A DNA stretch of 64,000 bases from Raillietiella orientalis (GCA_036172245.1 JAYWIR010000053.1:496001-560000), one strand, 5' to 3'; counted from the stretch's first letter, positions 1 through 13,480 are shown. Notes: generated by a model not told the origin, from the sequence alone. Translations and numbers: made by a program.

Positions 1-299
1 TCCTCCCCCTCTCTGCCTTTTCTCTCCGGTGAGCGCCACCTGCTTCCAAAGGGAAACTTCGGAGAGAACCAACCATTCGGTCGTCCGATGCGTCTTCCGA
101 CTGAGCAGCCGTCGCTGCCCGGAGCTCTACCGGCCCTTCATGCTGCCGGTCCAAGGTCTGCGTAGGGAGGACGGATATGGTCCCTACGGGACCTGTCGAG
201 GCCGCCGCGAGCTCTTTCGGGTGGATTTTCATTGAAGATTTTTTCGTACCTCGTGGGTGCGAGATCTCACCCACGAGGGTCACCTTCGGAGGTTCGCTC

Positions 300-2550
300 G
301 GGCGTCCCACCAGAGGCTCCGCACCAGCCGCTGGAAGTCCCCGCTGAGGAACAGGACCGGGCAAATTCCAAAGGTCTCCGACAGTCGCGAGTGCCACTGC
401 TATGGCAAATCTCCCTGGAGAAAGAAAAAAGAGAGAACTGCTCGAGAACTTTCTCGAAGGCATCTGGAATCCTCCACGCCATGTTTTTTTTCCCGTCTCG
501 AGAGGAAGGGATGCGGTGCGTCCTTGGAAGACGACGCCAGAAATGGGGATCTTGCCGCGTGCGTCCCCTGGCAGAGCCGCCTCCGCTGCTCGGCGTGCCC
601 ACGCTCGACTGGATGCCGCCGGTGCGCGTCCTCTCCGTTGCCATCTTTTTCAGCAGCGCGCGCGAGCACAGCTTCCGAAGTGAGGTCCACGCTGGCGGCC
701 TGGTCGAGAAGTTCCGCGCGCTTTCTCGCACGACGCTCCGTCCCGGGAAGAGGACGGCTTCCCGTGTAGCGTGGCGAGCGCAGTCGACTAGTTGCCGAGT
801 ACCGGGCGGACGCTGGGATACCCTCGCGATCCGGCTATCTCGATGCGCGAAGTCCCGCAGCGTCCCTCACCTGAAATCTGCCGTGAGGGGCTGCCCTTCA
901 CCCGTCCGCACCACGGTCGTTGCTTAGCAGCTGTCACCGACAGAGGGAAGTGAAGTGCAGCTTCGGTTCTTTGCAAAGATCGGATGCGGACCGCGCCCGG
1001 CTTGCGTTCGCTGCCTGCAGAGGGCGCCAAGCGGGGAGTGTAGCGTTTGATGGCGAGGATCCTGCGCCTTCGACTGTACGCTTTCATCCCTTCGTTGTGT
1101 CCAGGCTTCTCAGTGTCCGAAGGCATCATCCCAACTTCAGCTTTCAACCGTCTCTCACGGTTCTTCACTGAGCAGATGAGGAACCCACAGTGACTTCCCG
1201 AGGGAGTTTCGCGCACCGCCTGAGAGATGAAAACGCTCCGCCATCTTGACGGAAGACTCCTTGGGTATGGTCGGTCTTGACTGCATGTGACGCCTGGACG
1301 GCCCCTCCGGCGCCCCCGGCAGATCGGGAAGGAGCGCTGATGCTGCCGGGAACCGAACCCTACCCTTCTCTGGAAGGGATCCTCTCCCCTCTGCGAGATC
1401 TTCAGCTCGTCAGAGGCACCGGTGGTTGTCCTCCTCCCAGAGCATCGTCCGGAGACCTCGGCCGACTTGCAGAAGGGCGAGCGTCCAGCGTGAGGTCCCG
1501 ACATTTGCTTCGGAACGCCGCGGACTGTAAGGTCAATCCCGTGTCCTCAGGTCGTATGGGTCTAGAATGCACTGCTCCGAGAGCACAGCCTGGAGCTCTC
1601 TCCCCAATGCCACCCTCCCGCCTCCCGCTGGCATCGAGTTCTGCCTACTTGGCGCTTGCCCCGCCCGCGCTGGTGCAGGCGCACCTCTAGAGACGGAGAA
1701 CCCATCCTCGGCACACTGAGTGTGGCCTTGCCTCTTTCAGACCCACTGTCCGTGGGAGCAGGCCACGCTCCAGAGCGATTGCCTGCTTTCGCAAGACCAC
1801 GGGCCACTGGTCCGTTCCACTCGCAGTTCGGCAGTCACCCCCGAGCTGTGATCGCAGTCTTTGAAGATTTTTGGTCAGGGGGGCTCCTTTCCGCACCACA
1901 GGCATCCTCCCGTCGCTGGTGGGCGACTCCCGCAGCGGTAGCCTCCCAGATCGAAGTGCCTTCCATCTGATACAGGCCACGCTCCAGCGCGACGCTCTCC
2001 CCTGCGGGACGCCGGCGACGCTTCCGGTCCGCAGCTCAATTTTGAGTGGAATCCTCAACCAGGACCTCTTCACATGCCTCTTCACAAACGGAAGCATCCG
2101 TGCATCAGGCTTGCGTGCCTACCTCTGGAGCATCCTCTGCTGCTCGAGACAGCTAACAGACGCGGCTACCCCGAGTGTCCAACCTCGAGGACTTTTGCCC
2201 TGAGGCGAGCTGCAGGGTGTTCCGGAGGAAGATCTGCGGTGTCCCCCCTTAAAATGGCAGGAATCGGCGCTGATGCTGTTGCACTGAGGCTTCCCGTGCA
2301 ACGCCCGCAGGCATTACTGGACACAGTGGCGTGTGGAACTGAACTGTACCGGGTTCGGGGAGCGCGAATCCCTCTCTCACCTGCTTGTGGATCGTGTTGT
2401 CCTCCGGCCCATCTGAGAATGCTCTGCTGCGATCCCAGGTACCCACGGCGGCAATCCCAGGGATGCCTTGAGACCCCTCCTCGTATAAGACACCCTTCGG
2501 CCGGCAGCCTCGCTAGCTGCCTACGCGGAATTGTAATGACCTGTAGCACG
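300..2550 (+). mobile_element. Heavily decayed non-LTR retrotransposon ORF2 (RT plus RNase H, I-group-like)
   Basis: Degenerate motifs occur in the expected order across frameshifts: GRQAGSV (~GVPQGSV, ~1022), LG.V.LD..W (~1260-1300), LFTNGS (~IFTDGS, ~2078) and ITGHSGVWN (~VPGHSGIxGN, ~2313). Boundaries are approximate. Confidence 0.5.
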
Positions 2551-5292
2551 CAAGGCGAGGGCGGAGCGAGAGGGATGTCATCCACTACGTCGTCCGCTTC
2601 ATGAGGATGTCAACAAGATGGCCCCACCTAAAGGACAGTATGCAGCAGGAGCTTGCCGGCATCCTCGAAAGGATGCAGAAGACCGTTCCCAGCAGGACGT
2701 GATCCCTTCCCCCGCAACACCCTCTCCATCCCAAAGTTTATTCAATTATTTTTATTTTTTCTCTTCTTGTTCGTCTCTTCCCTTCTGCTGCAGTGGCGAA
2801 GCCTATTGGTCCGCGTACCGGTAACTCGGCAGACTCCCGTTGAAATGCACGTGGTTGGACCACGGATCCAACCACAACATTTGTAAATCTTTATTTCCAC
2901 ATTAAATGAACGCCCCGGCGCACCCGAGTGACAACTCTGCTGCTTGTGTAGGAAAGACGACGTTGGGTGAAACCGTCTCGTAATGCAGGAGCAACGTCTT
3001 CCGCCCTCTGACCAGAATGCAAAGCACTGCAGCTCTCCTGCGACCATCACACTTTCGTCCATCCGCAGGAGGTGACAGTTCCCCTTGGCAACCGCCTTCC
3101 AGATGGCTAGCTACCAGAGAAGGAATCGATTCGATCCGGCACTGCGAAGCGCCCGCCAGACCGATTTGCGCGCCGCTCTCAGGAAACGGTTTAATAGTTC
3201 CTAAGGAATCGGTCTATCAGTGGGAATTTGCAGAGAGCGGTCGGAACGCATCCTCTTCCGAGATGCTCACATCGGTTCTCCTGGAGAGCGAGTCGCGCGG
3301 CCAGGGCAGATTTTCCTCCCGCCGCCTTCCCGACGTCGCTACTCGCTGCGGCAAGCCGCAGCCAGCAGATACAGACTGTGATGAACGCAGCCGCAGGATC
3401 GGATCCTGAATTCGCTGTTCTCTCGGCGCATCACCAAGTCTTCCTTTCCCGCGTCCCTGAAACGCCTGGACCTCGAAGGCAAACTCCTCGGGACTGCGAT
3501 GGCACGAAGACTCTTCGCCGAGTCACTCTCACGCCGCTTTTCCAGAATTGGAAATCTCCACGACGTTCCCAATGTCCCACCGTTGGCTGTTGCTAAGGAA
3601 GACGTTCGACGAAGTTCTTTACGCTGTCCATTGAATTTCCTTTTGGATTCAGACGAGCGATTCTCGACGCTTGTTGAGATGTCCACTGCTGTTTCTGAAC
3701 CCATCGCTCAAGCCTCACACATCTTACAAGCGTGTGGTGTTTTCACAGTCTGAAGGGGCGGCCCAAGTTTCTTTCGACTGCCAACGTTTCGACTCGCATG
3801 TGGAACTGAAGACGAAAACCCCCAAGGAGGAAGCAAGGCACGACCTCCAACGAGGGAATTATCCCGGAAGCTCCTGAATATACCGACACGGGTTCACTCC
3901 TAGAATCTGTAAGAAAAACATCGACGAGCGAGACGTTATCACAAGTCTGAGAATCTCCAGGTTCCCATTCATGCATAACGTTGCGTGTGGGTTCCGTGGG
4001 CGGTGTGTAGGCGACCACGTCGACAAGAAACCCCTTCCTGTCTCTGCCTCGTTGACTGTTTGGTTGCCGGGAGGTAGGAATACATAGCTCGATATTTCGA
4101 CGACGGCACATAACACTCTGAGGCCAGTCGGAGGAAGCTGCACATCCACGACCACCACGTTCGGCGTGCAGCGCACAAAGTCCTTCAAGAGCCGAAGCCA
4201 GGTGTCAGCAGTAGCGCTAATGTGCAAGTGCGTCTAAGATCGGCGAACCGCACAAAAAATGGTAAAGTTGCTTCAGTGAAAGTGTTGATGATATATGAAG
4301 GACGAGGAGCGTGAGTGGTGAATCGGTGGCACTCGCACTTCGGATTTCGAGCAGCATCGCCAGTTAAAACGAGAACGGCGCTCTGGTCAGCACGAGGCCT
4401 TTCCAGCGGATCATTCCAGTTGTTGCTGAGGAGAATGTAGTAACCGACCACAGGAAACGACCACGGACTTTGGTTTCGAAGACTTCGTGACAAGGCAGCT
4501 GTACAAAAGCTCTAGGCGCTCTTCGGAATGAAAACACATCCACACATCGAATGCACGGCTGCTGGATGAGCTGCAGGATGCTTATTGCTTCAGCGTGGAA
4601 CTGCTTTTTCCAGTAAGAAGAGTTAGAAGATGTCTCTGGCAGTACTGCTTTGTTCCATCCTGGAAGTGTCCCAAGCGAGACGAGCATCCTCAAGCAAGAG
4701 AGAATGCGAAAGGAGACGCTGAACACGTTTGCACCGGACGAAACCAAGAGATGATCCCAGGGCTACCAGAAGCGACGCGCAGGGGCTCGCAGCTCTCTTC
4801 TTCGGACGGACTCTTAGGGAAGCCTCAAAAGCACATCGGATCCCGATGAAGTGAGCATTTCATGCACGTTCGTTACTTTTAAGAAAGTTCACCGCCCGCT
4901 GCAGTGCGCGAAGAACTTCTCCACTTCCACTTCTCAGCAGGGAAGTTGAGAAGTTCAGTGAAGGCTCACGGAGCGGTTGCAGCAGGTGCGGCATGAGCTC
5001 GCGATGCGTCGTGTCAAGACAGCGAAGAACACGGCAGCAGGAAACCGGATCTCTCCGGAGATAAGCAGTCTGTGCATTTCACATGGGTGTGAGCATCCAT
5101 CCACTGGCCAAATCGCGAGCCCTTCAGGAGCACACGGACATCCGAGAGATTGTCCTGTATGTACAAAGTAGATTCTTTTGACAGCACTGTCATCCTCGCA
5201 CGCAGCTCAAAATGCTGAGAATTTCAACGATGCATCCAACCTGAAACCATCACCGATTTCGGTTCGAAGCGCGCGAGTGGCTGCGAGCAACA

Positions 5293-5533
5293 CTCGGGAA
5301 GAGGCGAGCGGCAAGAAGCCCCTCGGGAAGAGGCGAGCGGCAAGAAGCCCCTCGGGAAGAGGCGAGCGGCAAGAAGCCACTCGGGAAGAGGCGAGCGGCA
5401 AGAAGTCGCTCGGGAAGAGGCGAGCGGCAAGAAGCCCCTCGGGAAGAGGCGAGCGGCAAGAAGCCACTCGGGAAGAGGCGAGCGGCAAGAAGTCGCTCGG
5501 GAAGAGGCAAGCGGCAAGAAGCCACTCGGGAAG
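5293..5533. repeat. Minisatellite, 29-bp unit CTCGGGAAGAGGCGAGCGGCAAGAAG(CCC/CCA/TCG), about 8.3 copies
   Basis: Units start at 5293, 5322, 5351, 5380, 5409, 5438, 5467, 5496 and 5525 (partial). There are no spacers. Confidence 0.97.
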
Positions 5534-5587
5534 TGTTGAGAAGTGCGAATATCTCCCCGAACATCCCGAGGTTCCGTCCCGATCAAC

Positions 5588-6536
5588 ATTCCGAAAGATC
5601 TCAAAAAATAAATACATATGCTTATTATGTATAATAATATGCATACTGATGTATAAATTACCATATAGATTAATATGTGTTCTAAAGATTACAAAATATA
5701 AATATATATGCCTTTTATGTATATTTATATATAGATTAATATGCAAATTTATTTTGACACATATTTATTAATATAATTAATAAAAGTCTTATTCATTATA
5801 TAAGATTATAAATACATATTGTTTATAAATACATATTGTATGTTTATTGTACATATTTACATATATAATAAATATATGAAACGAATATACAAAAGTATCG
5901 AATTATAAATTTGCATATTTTTTTTTATTCAATGATCAAAAATCCCGAAAACAGAAGTCATCATTTCCTGCAGATGCTGTCTAGTGTTGTAAATGCTAAG
6001 AAAACGAAATACCACATTTCTTTTTTTTGTTTTTGGAATTCGTCTGCTTTTTTCTTTCTTTCTGCTATTTTTAAGTGCCACCATTGTTTTTTTATTCTTA
6101 AAATTCGATACTCATACATTTATTTAATATATAATTATGTATTAGTGTGTATAAATATACATATAATATACATAAATTTTTATATTAATCTATGTATAGT
6201 GATATATATAAATATACACTACTGTGCACAATGAGCATAATTATTTTTCATGATCTCAACAATTCATCTTTCATTAATCTCTCTCTCTCTCTATATATAT
6301 ATATTAATACATATGATAACATTACTTATATCCATATGTATATTTATAAATGATAATAGATGAGTCAAAAATAAATCTGTATATCCGATATATGAATATA
6401 TATGTTAATATATACATAATAAACATGCTTATGTATTTTTATAACCTTTAAAATATATATTAAAATATATTTACATTTATATATTAATATGTATAATGAA
6501 CATAAGTGTGTGTTTTTTAAGGATCTTTCGGGATTT
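5588..6536 (-). mobile_element. AT-rich foldback/MITE-like element, copy 1
   Basis: ATTCCGAAAGATC at the left end and GATCTTTCGGGATTT at the right end enclose a very AT-rich interior. The conserved core (~5935-6100) is in the opposite orientation to copies 2 and 6. Confidence 0.8.
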
Positions 6537-6879
6537 GCATCGTTCGGGGTTTCCGAACAGACCCCCTGTTGTTCTGTAGTAACGGGATGCTGCATTCTCC
6601 AAAAAAAGGAACCACACAAACAGAGGACAAAGCACCAGGTCCAAAAGAAATGAGTGGGTTGCACACAACTGGCCCAGCAGCCCAGATTCAGACAAGTAGT
6701 GAGGGAGAGAAAAAAACAAACGCCACGGATAACCCATTGCTATCGCCTCACATTCATGCAGTTTGCCTTATACTGGAGAACACTGTTGTTTCAGCCACCA
6801 GCTGTGCCACTGCATTTCAAGCATGATGAAAGATCTATCCTTTATCAAGAAACTTAGGACAACCTATAAGGTTTACCTC

Positions 6880-7450
6880 TTCCATTTCTGGACACATGCA
6901 GGCAATGGAAGCAGCAGGGAATAGAGCAAGGTTGTGAATACTTCCCTTCCCTAATCACAGATCATGACTTGCAGCTGCCAATGTCAGAATAATTCCATTC
7001 AGCATTTATTTTATGGCTTTAACAGCAAACCCTAATCTACATTATCCTGAGTTGTTCCCAAACTGGTAAGTTAAACAGAGTATTGCAAGATCAATGTAGC
7101 CATTCTCATTTGGAACAAGAATTCTTGGCAGCACAAATCTTACCATTCCCTAATCTTACTTGATGCAGCCATTATGATAACTTGCAGGCTCGACTGAACC
7201 AAAACCAACTCTGAGAATGTTTGGAAAACTTGTGGGCTTACTCTCAAGAGAGCAGTCTTCATGCCACAAACAGTTCCCAGATATCATCAAATCCATGATC
7301 TGCACAATCACATTTCAGCCATTCAGAAGAGCTGAGCTCTGATAAACAGGAAGCTGATAAGCATCTATGCTTGCTGCTGTGTTCTGTACATCGGAGTGCA
7401 AAACACACTACATCAAACTGTGCTGAATTCTTAAACCAGACTCAAAACAC
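6880..7450 (+). mobile_element. Old, CpG-depleted LINE RT fragment just downstream of the TMEM179 stop codon
   Basis: Degenerate N-terminal RT-like motifs (..SYHSLIL.., ..LE..GLLS.EQ, ..AVF..) with many disruptions. Confidence 0.3.
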
Positions 7451-7607
7451 TGCCCTTCAACTCCATGAATGTACACACTATATTCTGCAAAATGAAGAGC
7501 AAAATATTTAACAGATGCTTCCTTGTCCAAAAATTTACACATGCATGTATCAAAACTCAGCAAACTATTAACATGCAGCTGCCATTATTTGGTTTCACCA
7601 CCAGATT

Positions 7608-8534
7608 CTAACTGTTTAAGAGAGGTGTGGAAATAGTAGAAGGCTGGGACTCATTGCGGGAATCATGAATCAACTTTCTTCTCTCTTCTGCCATGTTAAA
7701 CTGAAGTTGCTCTTTCTGGTAGTATGCGCACAGCTTTAGGAGGGCCAACACAGACAAGCCCACACAGCAAGCCCAGGAAGTCCAGGTTGCAAACTAAATA
7801 ACTAAACATGAACATGAACATTACCACAGTGACACACCTGAACAGTGCCAATTTGCAGGAAAAAACCACTGGGATCAATGTTATCAGCTTCATCAATTGG
7901 ATTCAATGTGGCCAATTCACAACTGGTTTACCAAGTATGTCACTATTTCCATTTACAAGCATACCTTTCAAACCGCTTCATTATTACACTGCACCAAATT
8001 TTGAAGCCAGTTGTTATCACGACACTGGCAATGAAGGTAAGCACCGTCATCACCAGCGACCACACAGCTTCCAAAAAGGCTCCAAGAAAGGAACTGAAGT
8101 TAAGCTATATTAATATGCCCCAACATATCTTTTCAAAATTAAGCTACTTGTTCTCACAAAGGATTTCTGTGCATTTTCTAATACGATTACTGCGTACATA
8201 CCTGTCTCTCCGCTTATACAAATACTGAGAAAACTGGTACATCTGCATGACTGATGTGATGAACAAAATGAATCCAATAAAAATACCATAATCACAATAA
8301 AATTGAGAAGCCCAGTGTACTTCCAGCTGGCCATCTTCTTCTCTCCATCGACCAGTCGAAAACAATAAGCAATTTCCTCTGACAACACGAGGCTGAGATC
8401 TACAATCTGCATTGCTATACTTACTTGAAATCGAGTAAGTGCTGGATAAGTGGTATGAACAGACACAGGGACAGAATGCACAAAATAACTGACACAGCTA
8501 CTTGTGACAGCAGAATCACGTTTAAATTTTCCAT
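7608..8534 (-). CDS. TMEM179: Transmembrane protein 179 (TMEM179 family), 5 coding exons, 228 aa
   Basis: Exons 8534-8425, 8378-8202, 8093-7965, 7922-7838 and 7793-7608 all have GT-AG boundaries. Phases are consistent and the total is 687 nt including TAG. Translation: MENLNVILLSQVAVSVILCILSLCLFIPLIQHLLDFK-GNCLLFSTGRWREEDGQLEVHWASQFYCDYG...SSFLGAFLEAV...TTGFKIWCSVIMKRFESCELA...IDPSGFFLQIGTVQFATWTSWAC...EERRKLI. This matches the four-TM TMEM179 pattern from memory of arthropod homologues. Confidence 0.92.
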
Positions 8535-11390
8535 GTCTCCTCCCAGTTACACCTCACATTTTTTCTTTAAGCTGCATCACATATTCAGTTGAAGCACTGC
8601 AAGTGACAGGCAAACGACACATTAGTGCTGATGCCTACAGACTGCACTTCGTGGGAAGGGGGCCGCTCGGTGTACGCAATGGCACACGACGTTTCTCTGA
8701 GGCCCGAACGTCGCGTGGTGACGTCCGACGGCAGGGGGCATCGAAAAACGAGCTGAAAATGCTGCAGCACGCCGAGGAATCGTTCACAAAGCCCAAACGT
8801 TTGCACGCCCGGCCAAAGCCGACTTTTCTGCCGCCTCCGTGCAATTTCTCGGGTTCCTGGATGTTCGCAGCCCGAAAGATCGTAGGTCCGTGAACCTACG
8901 AGGCGCGAAGTTGGGCCGGTCCACCTGATTCAGCCTGGCTGTCCTGGGATGGGAAAACCGAGGGCGAAAGTGCTCAAGGAGTCCCCCGGAGGGCATGCAA
9001 CGTGAGAAACGAACACCCAGGCGGGGGCAAACGACTTATTGCAACACTCTTCTTCCTGCGAGGACGCCCTCAGCTGCTGACTGCCGTGCCCGCCCTTGGG
9101 GATGTCGGACCACCCCGGAAGAACGATCCGAGCATGCACTCCCCAGCAAAGGGCGAGGAACGGGAGGAAGGGCGGCCCGGAGCCAGAACTACCGGTTCCA
9201 AGGTGGCTGACCACCCCTGGAACTGGTCATTTGGCCCCGAGGATGGAAACTTGCTGGTCGGACGGAGTGTGACCCACTGCCAGTGCTCCCAAGGTAATTG
9301 GACTTGATCTACACGACGGGTTCCATCTCGGATTTCGATTCTTTGGAACTGAGTGCACTAAAAATTCAAATAACCCAAACTTCATGCACTCGGTGTGATT
9401 TTTCGCCTCGAGCCACAACCACGAAATGAACCGATGCGAGCTGGGCTTTCACCAAAGCAAAAAGGTGCTTTCGGTACGAATTTTCATTCCCGTTTTCTTT
9501 TTTTTTTTTGCTGATTTGTTTGTTGCCAACTAGGAATTTCAAAGTTCTGTTTACAAACCGGCTCGATTGGTTGTCTTTTGTTCTTCCTGCACCTCGTGTG
9601 TGGTAGATACCTTTCCACACTCTAACAACGTGGCTCATGCAAGCTCCCATTAATTTTCAGATTCTAATAAAGGAGTCTTAATGCTTTAACGTGGCCACCT
9701 ATATGTGAAGATAATTATTCCTTTCCACATCGAGGTCGCTTTGACATCAAAATGGCGCGAAAATCGGTCCACAAAAAAATTCTTCGAGCCGTGCACCCCC
9801 GAAGGATGGTGCTCGAAAGCACATGAGGACTCGGAAGGAAGTGCAGCCACCGAAAAATGAAATGAAATGCGATAAAAACGCCGAATGGAGCATCTGAAAA
9901 ATCTGTGAAGAGAAAATGATTGAAAACCCGAGATGGGAGCTACCATAGTGCGACTCGGTTTGGCTCAGTCAAATTTAGGATTTATTTTCAAATTATTTTC
10001 CCCGAACCATTTGAAGTATTCCGCAAAACACAAAAGAAATATTCGTGTATATTTTGGCTATTAGAATTAAATAACTCATTGAAAATGTGAAAAAGACGTT
10101 CTAGTTCATTTAAGACAAAAAGGTCAAACCAAAGCCAAGTAAACACATGGGTATCGTTCCAATTAGCAATCGGCCTACTGTGATGCAAAAAATAAAGCTA
10201 AGCGTGCAAGCTGGAAAGGTCCAACAGTCCGGAGGCAATTCCCGGATGAAAGCCAGCAAAAGGTGTCACGACATGCAAACAAGGCAAAAGAACAAAAGGA
10301 ATCTCATGTGGAAGTGGATGATGCTTGAAAAAACAAAAACGAAACCATGCTTGACATTCAGTCATGAAATATAAATAAGGAATCCCCCCCCCCCTAAAAA
10401 AACACACACACCCACACACACAAATACACACACACACATCGTTTCACAGAGTAAACTCACGAGCCAGAGTGCATTAAGTGTTACATTAGCAAATCTTTGA
10501 AGCATTCAAGTTGTCATAAAGTCGCTAAAGTACGAGTGATTGCACAAGCAGTTCCATAAGGAATTACTACTCTGTCAAGGCGTGGAATCTTATATGCAGT
10601 GCAAAGCCATGTGCAAGCCAGCAGGCACACGCTCAAGCCTTTTCCCCGTTTCTGAATAGAGAAGTGGCTCTCCAAAAAAAATAAAAGCAGGAGGACATAT
10701 GGGAAGGATTCGTAATGAGAGAGCCTCGAGCACTGCAATCGAAGGTCGCGCTTCAAAGCGCTCTTGTGCTGAGAACATGCGCGGTGAAGAATTTTCCGTC
10801 CGATGGACTCATGAGCCCCCTTGAGCAACTGTGTTCTGAATCTATCCCAGTTCGAGGAAGGACTGGGAAGCGTGACAGCCCCCGAGGCTTCGATGCATTT
10901 GCGCGCCACCTCGTGATATGCGCCTCAACGCGGATGAACGAGAACCGGGTTCTCATCTGGTCGCGATCCCACCGGAGATGCGCAGCTCATGAGTCAGCTC
11001 AGGGCTGCTCGATCCCAGCCTATTCTGAAAGTTATGCAACGGCTGGAGTCTCTGCTCGGTTCCTGGTGCTCCCCTCCCCCTTCCTCTTAGCAGATGTCTG
11101 CTGGCCGAGTGCTCGAACAGTGAGCGTGAGTCATGAATCCGTTATCAATTACACGAGCAGACACGAACGAGCATAAAAATCTGTAAAATCGATTTTTCTC
11201 TTTGACAGTGGCTCGGGACACTCACACTGCTGGGAAGATGGAAGGAGGCGAAGATCGAAAGTGGAAAGCATGCGTGTATAGAATGCATATATGTTGGGAA
11301 ACTGGTATTTAGTCATTGCTTATAGAGCCATTTCTTTCTTTTAAAAAAAAAGATGCTATTTTCAAGCTTGCTCAAAGGACGGCAAAGCAC

Positions 11391-11612
11391 AGGTACCTTC
11401 GGAATTCTCTTCAGAGGAGTGTCAGGGATTGGTTCCTTTCCGGGAGGTCTCTCCGGAGAGAATAAGGCGGCAACAAGGGAGATGGTCCCCTTTGGGGTTC
11501 CCTTTACCAAGCGTGAGAGGAACGGACTGTTTCCTCCGGAGCCTTCCTGGATTCATAGGGTTGTCCCTCTGGGGTTAACCCCTATAACTTGAAGAGTCAA
11601 CACTCAAGGGTG
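11391..11612 (+). mobile_element. SINE family copy (3' part)
   Basis: Shares GAGAGGAACGGA..TTCCTCCGGAGCCTTCCTGG...CCTCTGGGGTTA...TATAACTTGAAGAGTCA with the copies at 13.5k, 15.8k and (reverse) 26.5k. Confidence 0.75.
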
Positions 11613-12534
11613 ACGGGTGACATCTCTCACGTCGGGTGACGTGATGTTTGAAGAGCTTCGTGAGCCCCTAGGCGACTGGTTCTTGAGTACTTAGCCAACC
11701 AGAAAGAGAAAGCTGGAAGGAAAGAACGGACGTAGGAAGAATCCAGGAAAATCTCCATCGATCAGGTGGAATATTTAGAAACGTGCCTGCCCAGGAATAG
11801 CAGTAAGGATGAAATCTGGAGACAGTAGTGATTCAAATAACACCTGGAGAATACTGATAACTCTCTAGTGCTCGAGACAGTATCCAGTTAAGCATTTTAT
11901 TCAAGAAGAACCTTACGAAGTATCTGTAGGATACATACAAGCAGTTGCTTAGGCTTGTTTAGGCATGCCGCAGAGGTTTCCAAGTGTGGATCGTTGCTTA
12001 GGAGTGTCGAAGCATCGATTTCGCCCCGGATATCAAACCCTTCCTGAGCTGCTGATGGAAATTCATGCGACCATCCCAGAAAGACGAGGATGATTCCAGA
12101 ACGAGGAGGCGTGATCTCAGGAGATGTTTGCATGCGTCCAGAAAATGAAGTGCCACCAGCGGAGGAGGAAAGGCTCATCTGATGTTCGGAGGGAGCGTCA
12201 TCAGAGTTCGACGCGAGGAAACTTTCCGAACAGACTTCCGTATGCAAAGTGCGGAGCGATTCTTTGACATTAATTCCAACATTCCGTATGGGAAAAACTG
12301 CACCATCAAGTGGAATGACGGTGTCAGCATATTAAAGAACATAATGCCATTGCAGCAGCTTCCATGGTCCGATTTCCGGATTAACAAAAATCTCCATGGA
12401 GGCAGCAAGTGAATGATCCACGAGCACGATCCGTGGAACGAAGCAAAGACCAAGCAAAAACACAGCACTTCTCTCACAGAAAAGGAGACCACAGAAAGGA
12501 GGTGGCACTTGCAAAGGCGGCATTTGGGGAAGAA

Positions 12535-12935
12535 TACAGCAGACTATCGTATAACGCGACTGTTCTCGTATAGCGCAGTAAATCAGCCCCGTACAGCGCT
12601 GTGGATAGACGTGAAATGGCGATTCAAAAAAGCGTTATTCAAGCTTCTTGTATTCTATTACATTCGAATTTGTCTGGATAAAATAGCTCAAACTACAGAA
12701 TTCTTCAAACGAACTCATTATCAACAAAACTCTCAAAGTTTTCTTTTTTTTTGACTTCGGGTTGAATAATAGTAATAAATACATACTTTTCTTCTTTTTC
12801 CTTCCAAGCGATATAACAACATGCTGCTCTTCTTACGTTTCGAGACACGCATAGTTTTTAAATACCACCATATAATCCATATCACTCGTATAACGCGGAT
12901 TTGTATCCTCCGCCTTATGACGAAAGTTTCTTGTA
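12535..12935. mobile_element. pogo/Tigger-like (Tc1/mariner superfamily) MITE, degenerate
   Basis: Left end TA-CAGCAGACTATCGTATAACGCG. Right end reverse-complemented TA-CAAGAAACTTTCGTCATAAGGCG. Internal CTCGTATA(A)CGCG-like subrepeats at ~12565 and ~12885. Confidence 0.55.
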
Positions 12936-13099
12936 TAGCAATCGGCCTATGACTCCTTCAGAATCTTCTCGAAGTGGCCGCAGTCTATGGAACCACGCAT
13001 CATCATTCTGATGCTGATCTCTTTTCGAATCCCTTGGAGCAAAAACACCCAGACCAGGAGAAAACCTTGTGTTGTGTCTCGCAACATCGTAGTGACTGA

Positions 13100-13470
13100 G
13101 GGTTGGGGTTAAAAAATTCATATCCGCAGCAGGACTCAGTGCACTGCCTGAGCTGGCACTCTCCACCGGCGCTGGTGCCTCAAGAGGCCCCCAGAGTCCC
13201 CAGGGCATCTCCAGTCGCTGCATCAGCAGCTCGGGCGTGATTGTGGAAATGCATGATGGACCCGTGGCTTGGGTTGATAGGAAACATTGGCACACTGGAG
13301 GCGGGTAATTTCGTAGCAGCCTATCTCTAAGATGGGCCCAAAGCTTCGATTAGATTTGGTGTTCGAGGTCAAAGGACAAGGAGATATGCCAGACATCTCC
13401 CGCCTCTCCGGGGACACAGTGCTGACTGGAAGAGCGACTGGAGAGTGGACTGCAAAGATGGCGGAAGGAA
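13100..13470 (+). mobile_element. Decayed LINE RNase H / C-terminal fragment
   Basis: W..IGNIG (~WxPGHxG) at ~13265-13295 and ISRL..GHS/DTVLT (~RLRxGH) at ~13394-13425. Confidence 0.3.
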
Positions 13471-13480
13471 AGCAAAGATG

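Noticed and set aside
2840..2900. YKCCGWIRGP (minus strand), tetraspanin-like CCG motif
   Set aside because: No supporting TM exons or convincing splice sites were found.
3600..4900. Coding-like stretches (VVAYTPP..GDSQ endonuclease-like on minus; TFDEVL on plus)
   Set aside because: I could not assemble a consistent spliced or unspliced product, so it is left unassigned.
5293..5533. CRISPR-like array or the 197-aa ORF 5178-5771
   Set aside because: The units are contiguous with no unique spacers, there are no cas genes and the context is eukaryotic. The ORF is an artefact of the stop-free repeat.
8202..8334. Secreted protein starting MASWKYTGLLNFIVIMVFLL
   Set aside because: It is an alternative frame of TMEM179 exon 2. 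The TMEM179 frame splices in phase through all five exons.
11900..12500. Possible Tc1/mariner transposase relic (FAPDIKP ~ SPDLNP)
   Set aside because: A single weak motif with no other DDE evidence.
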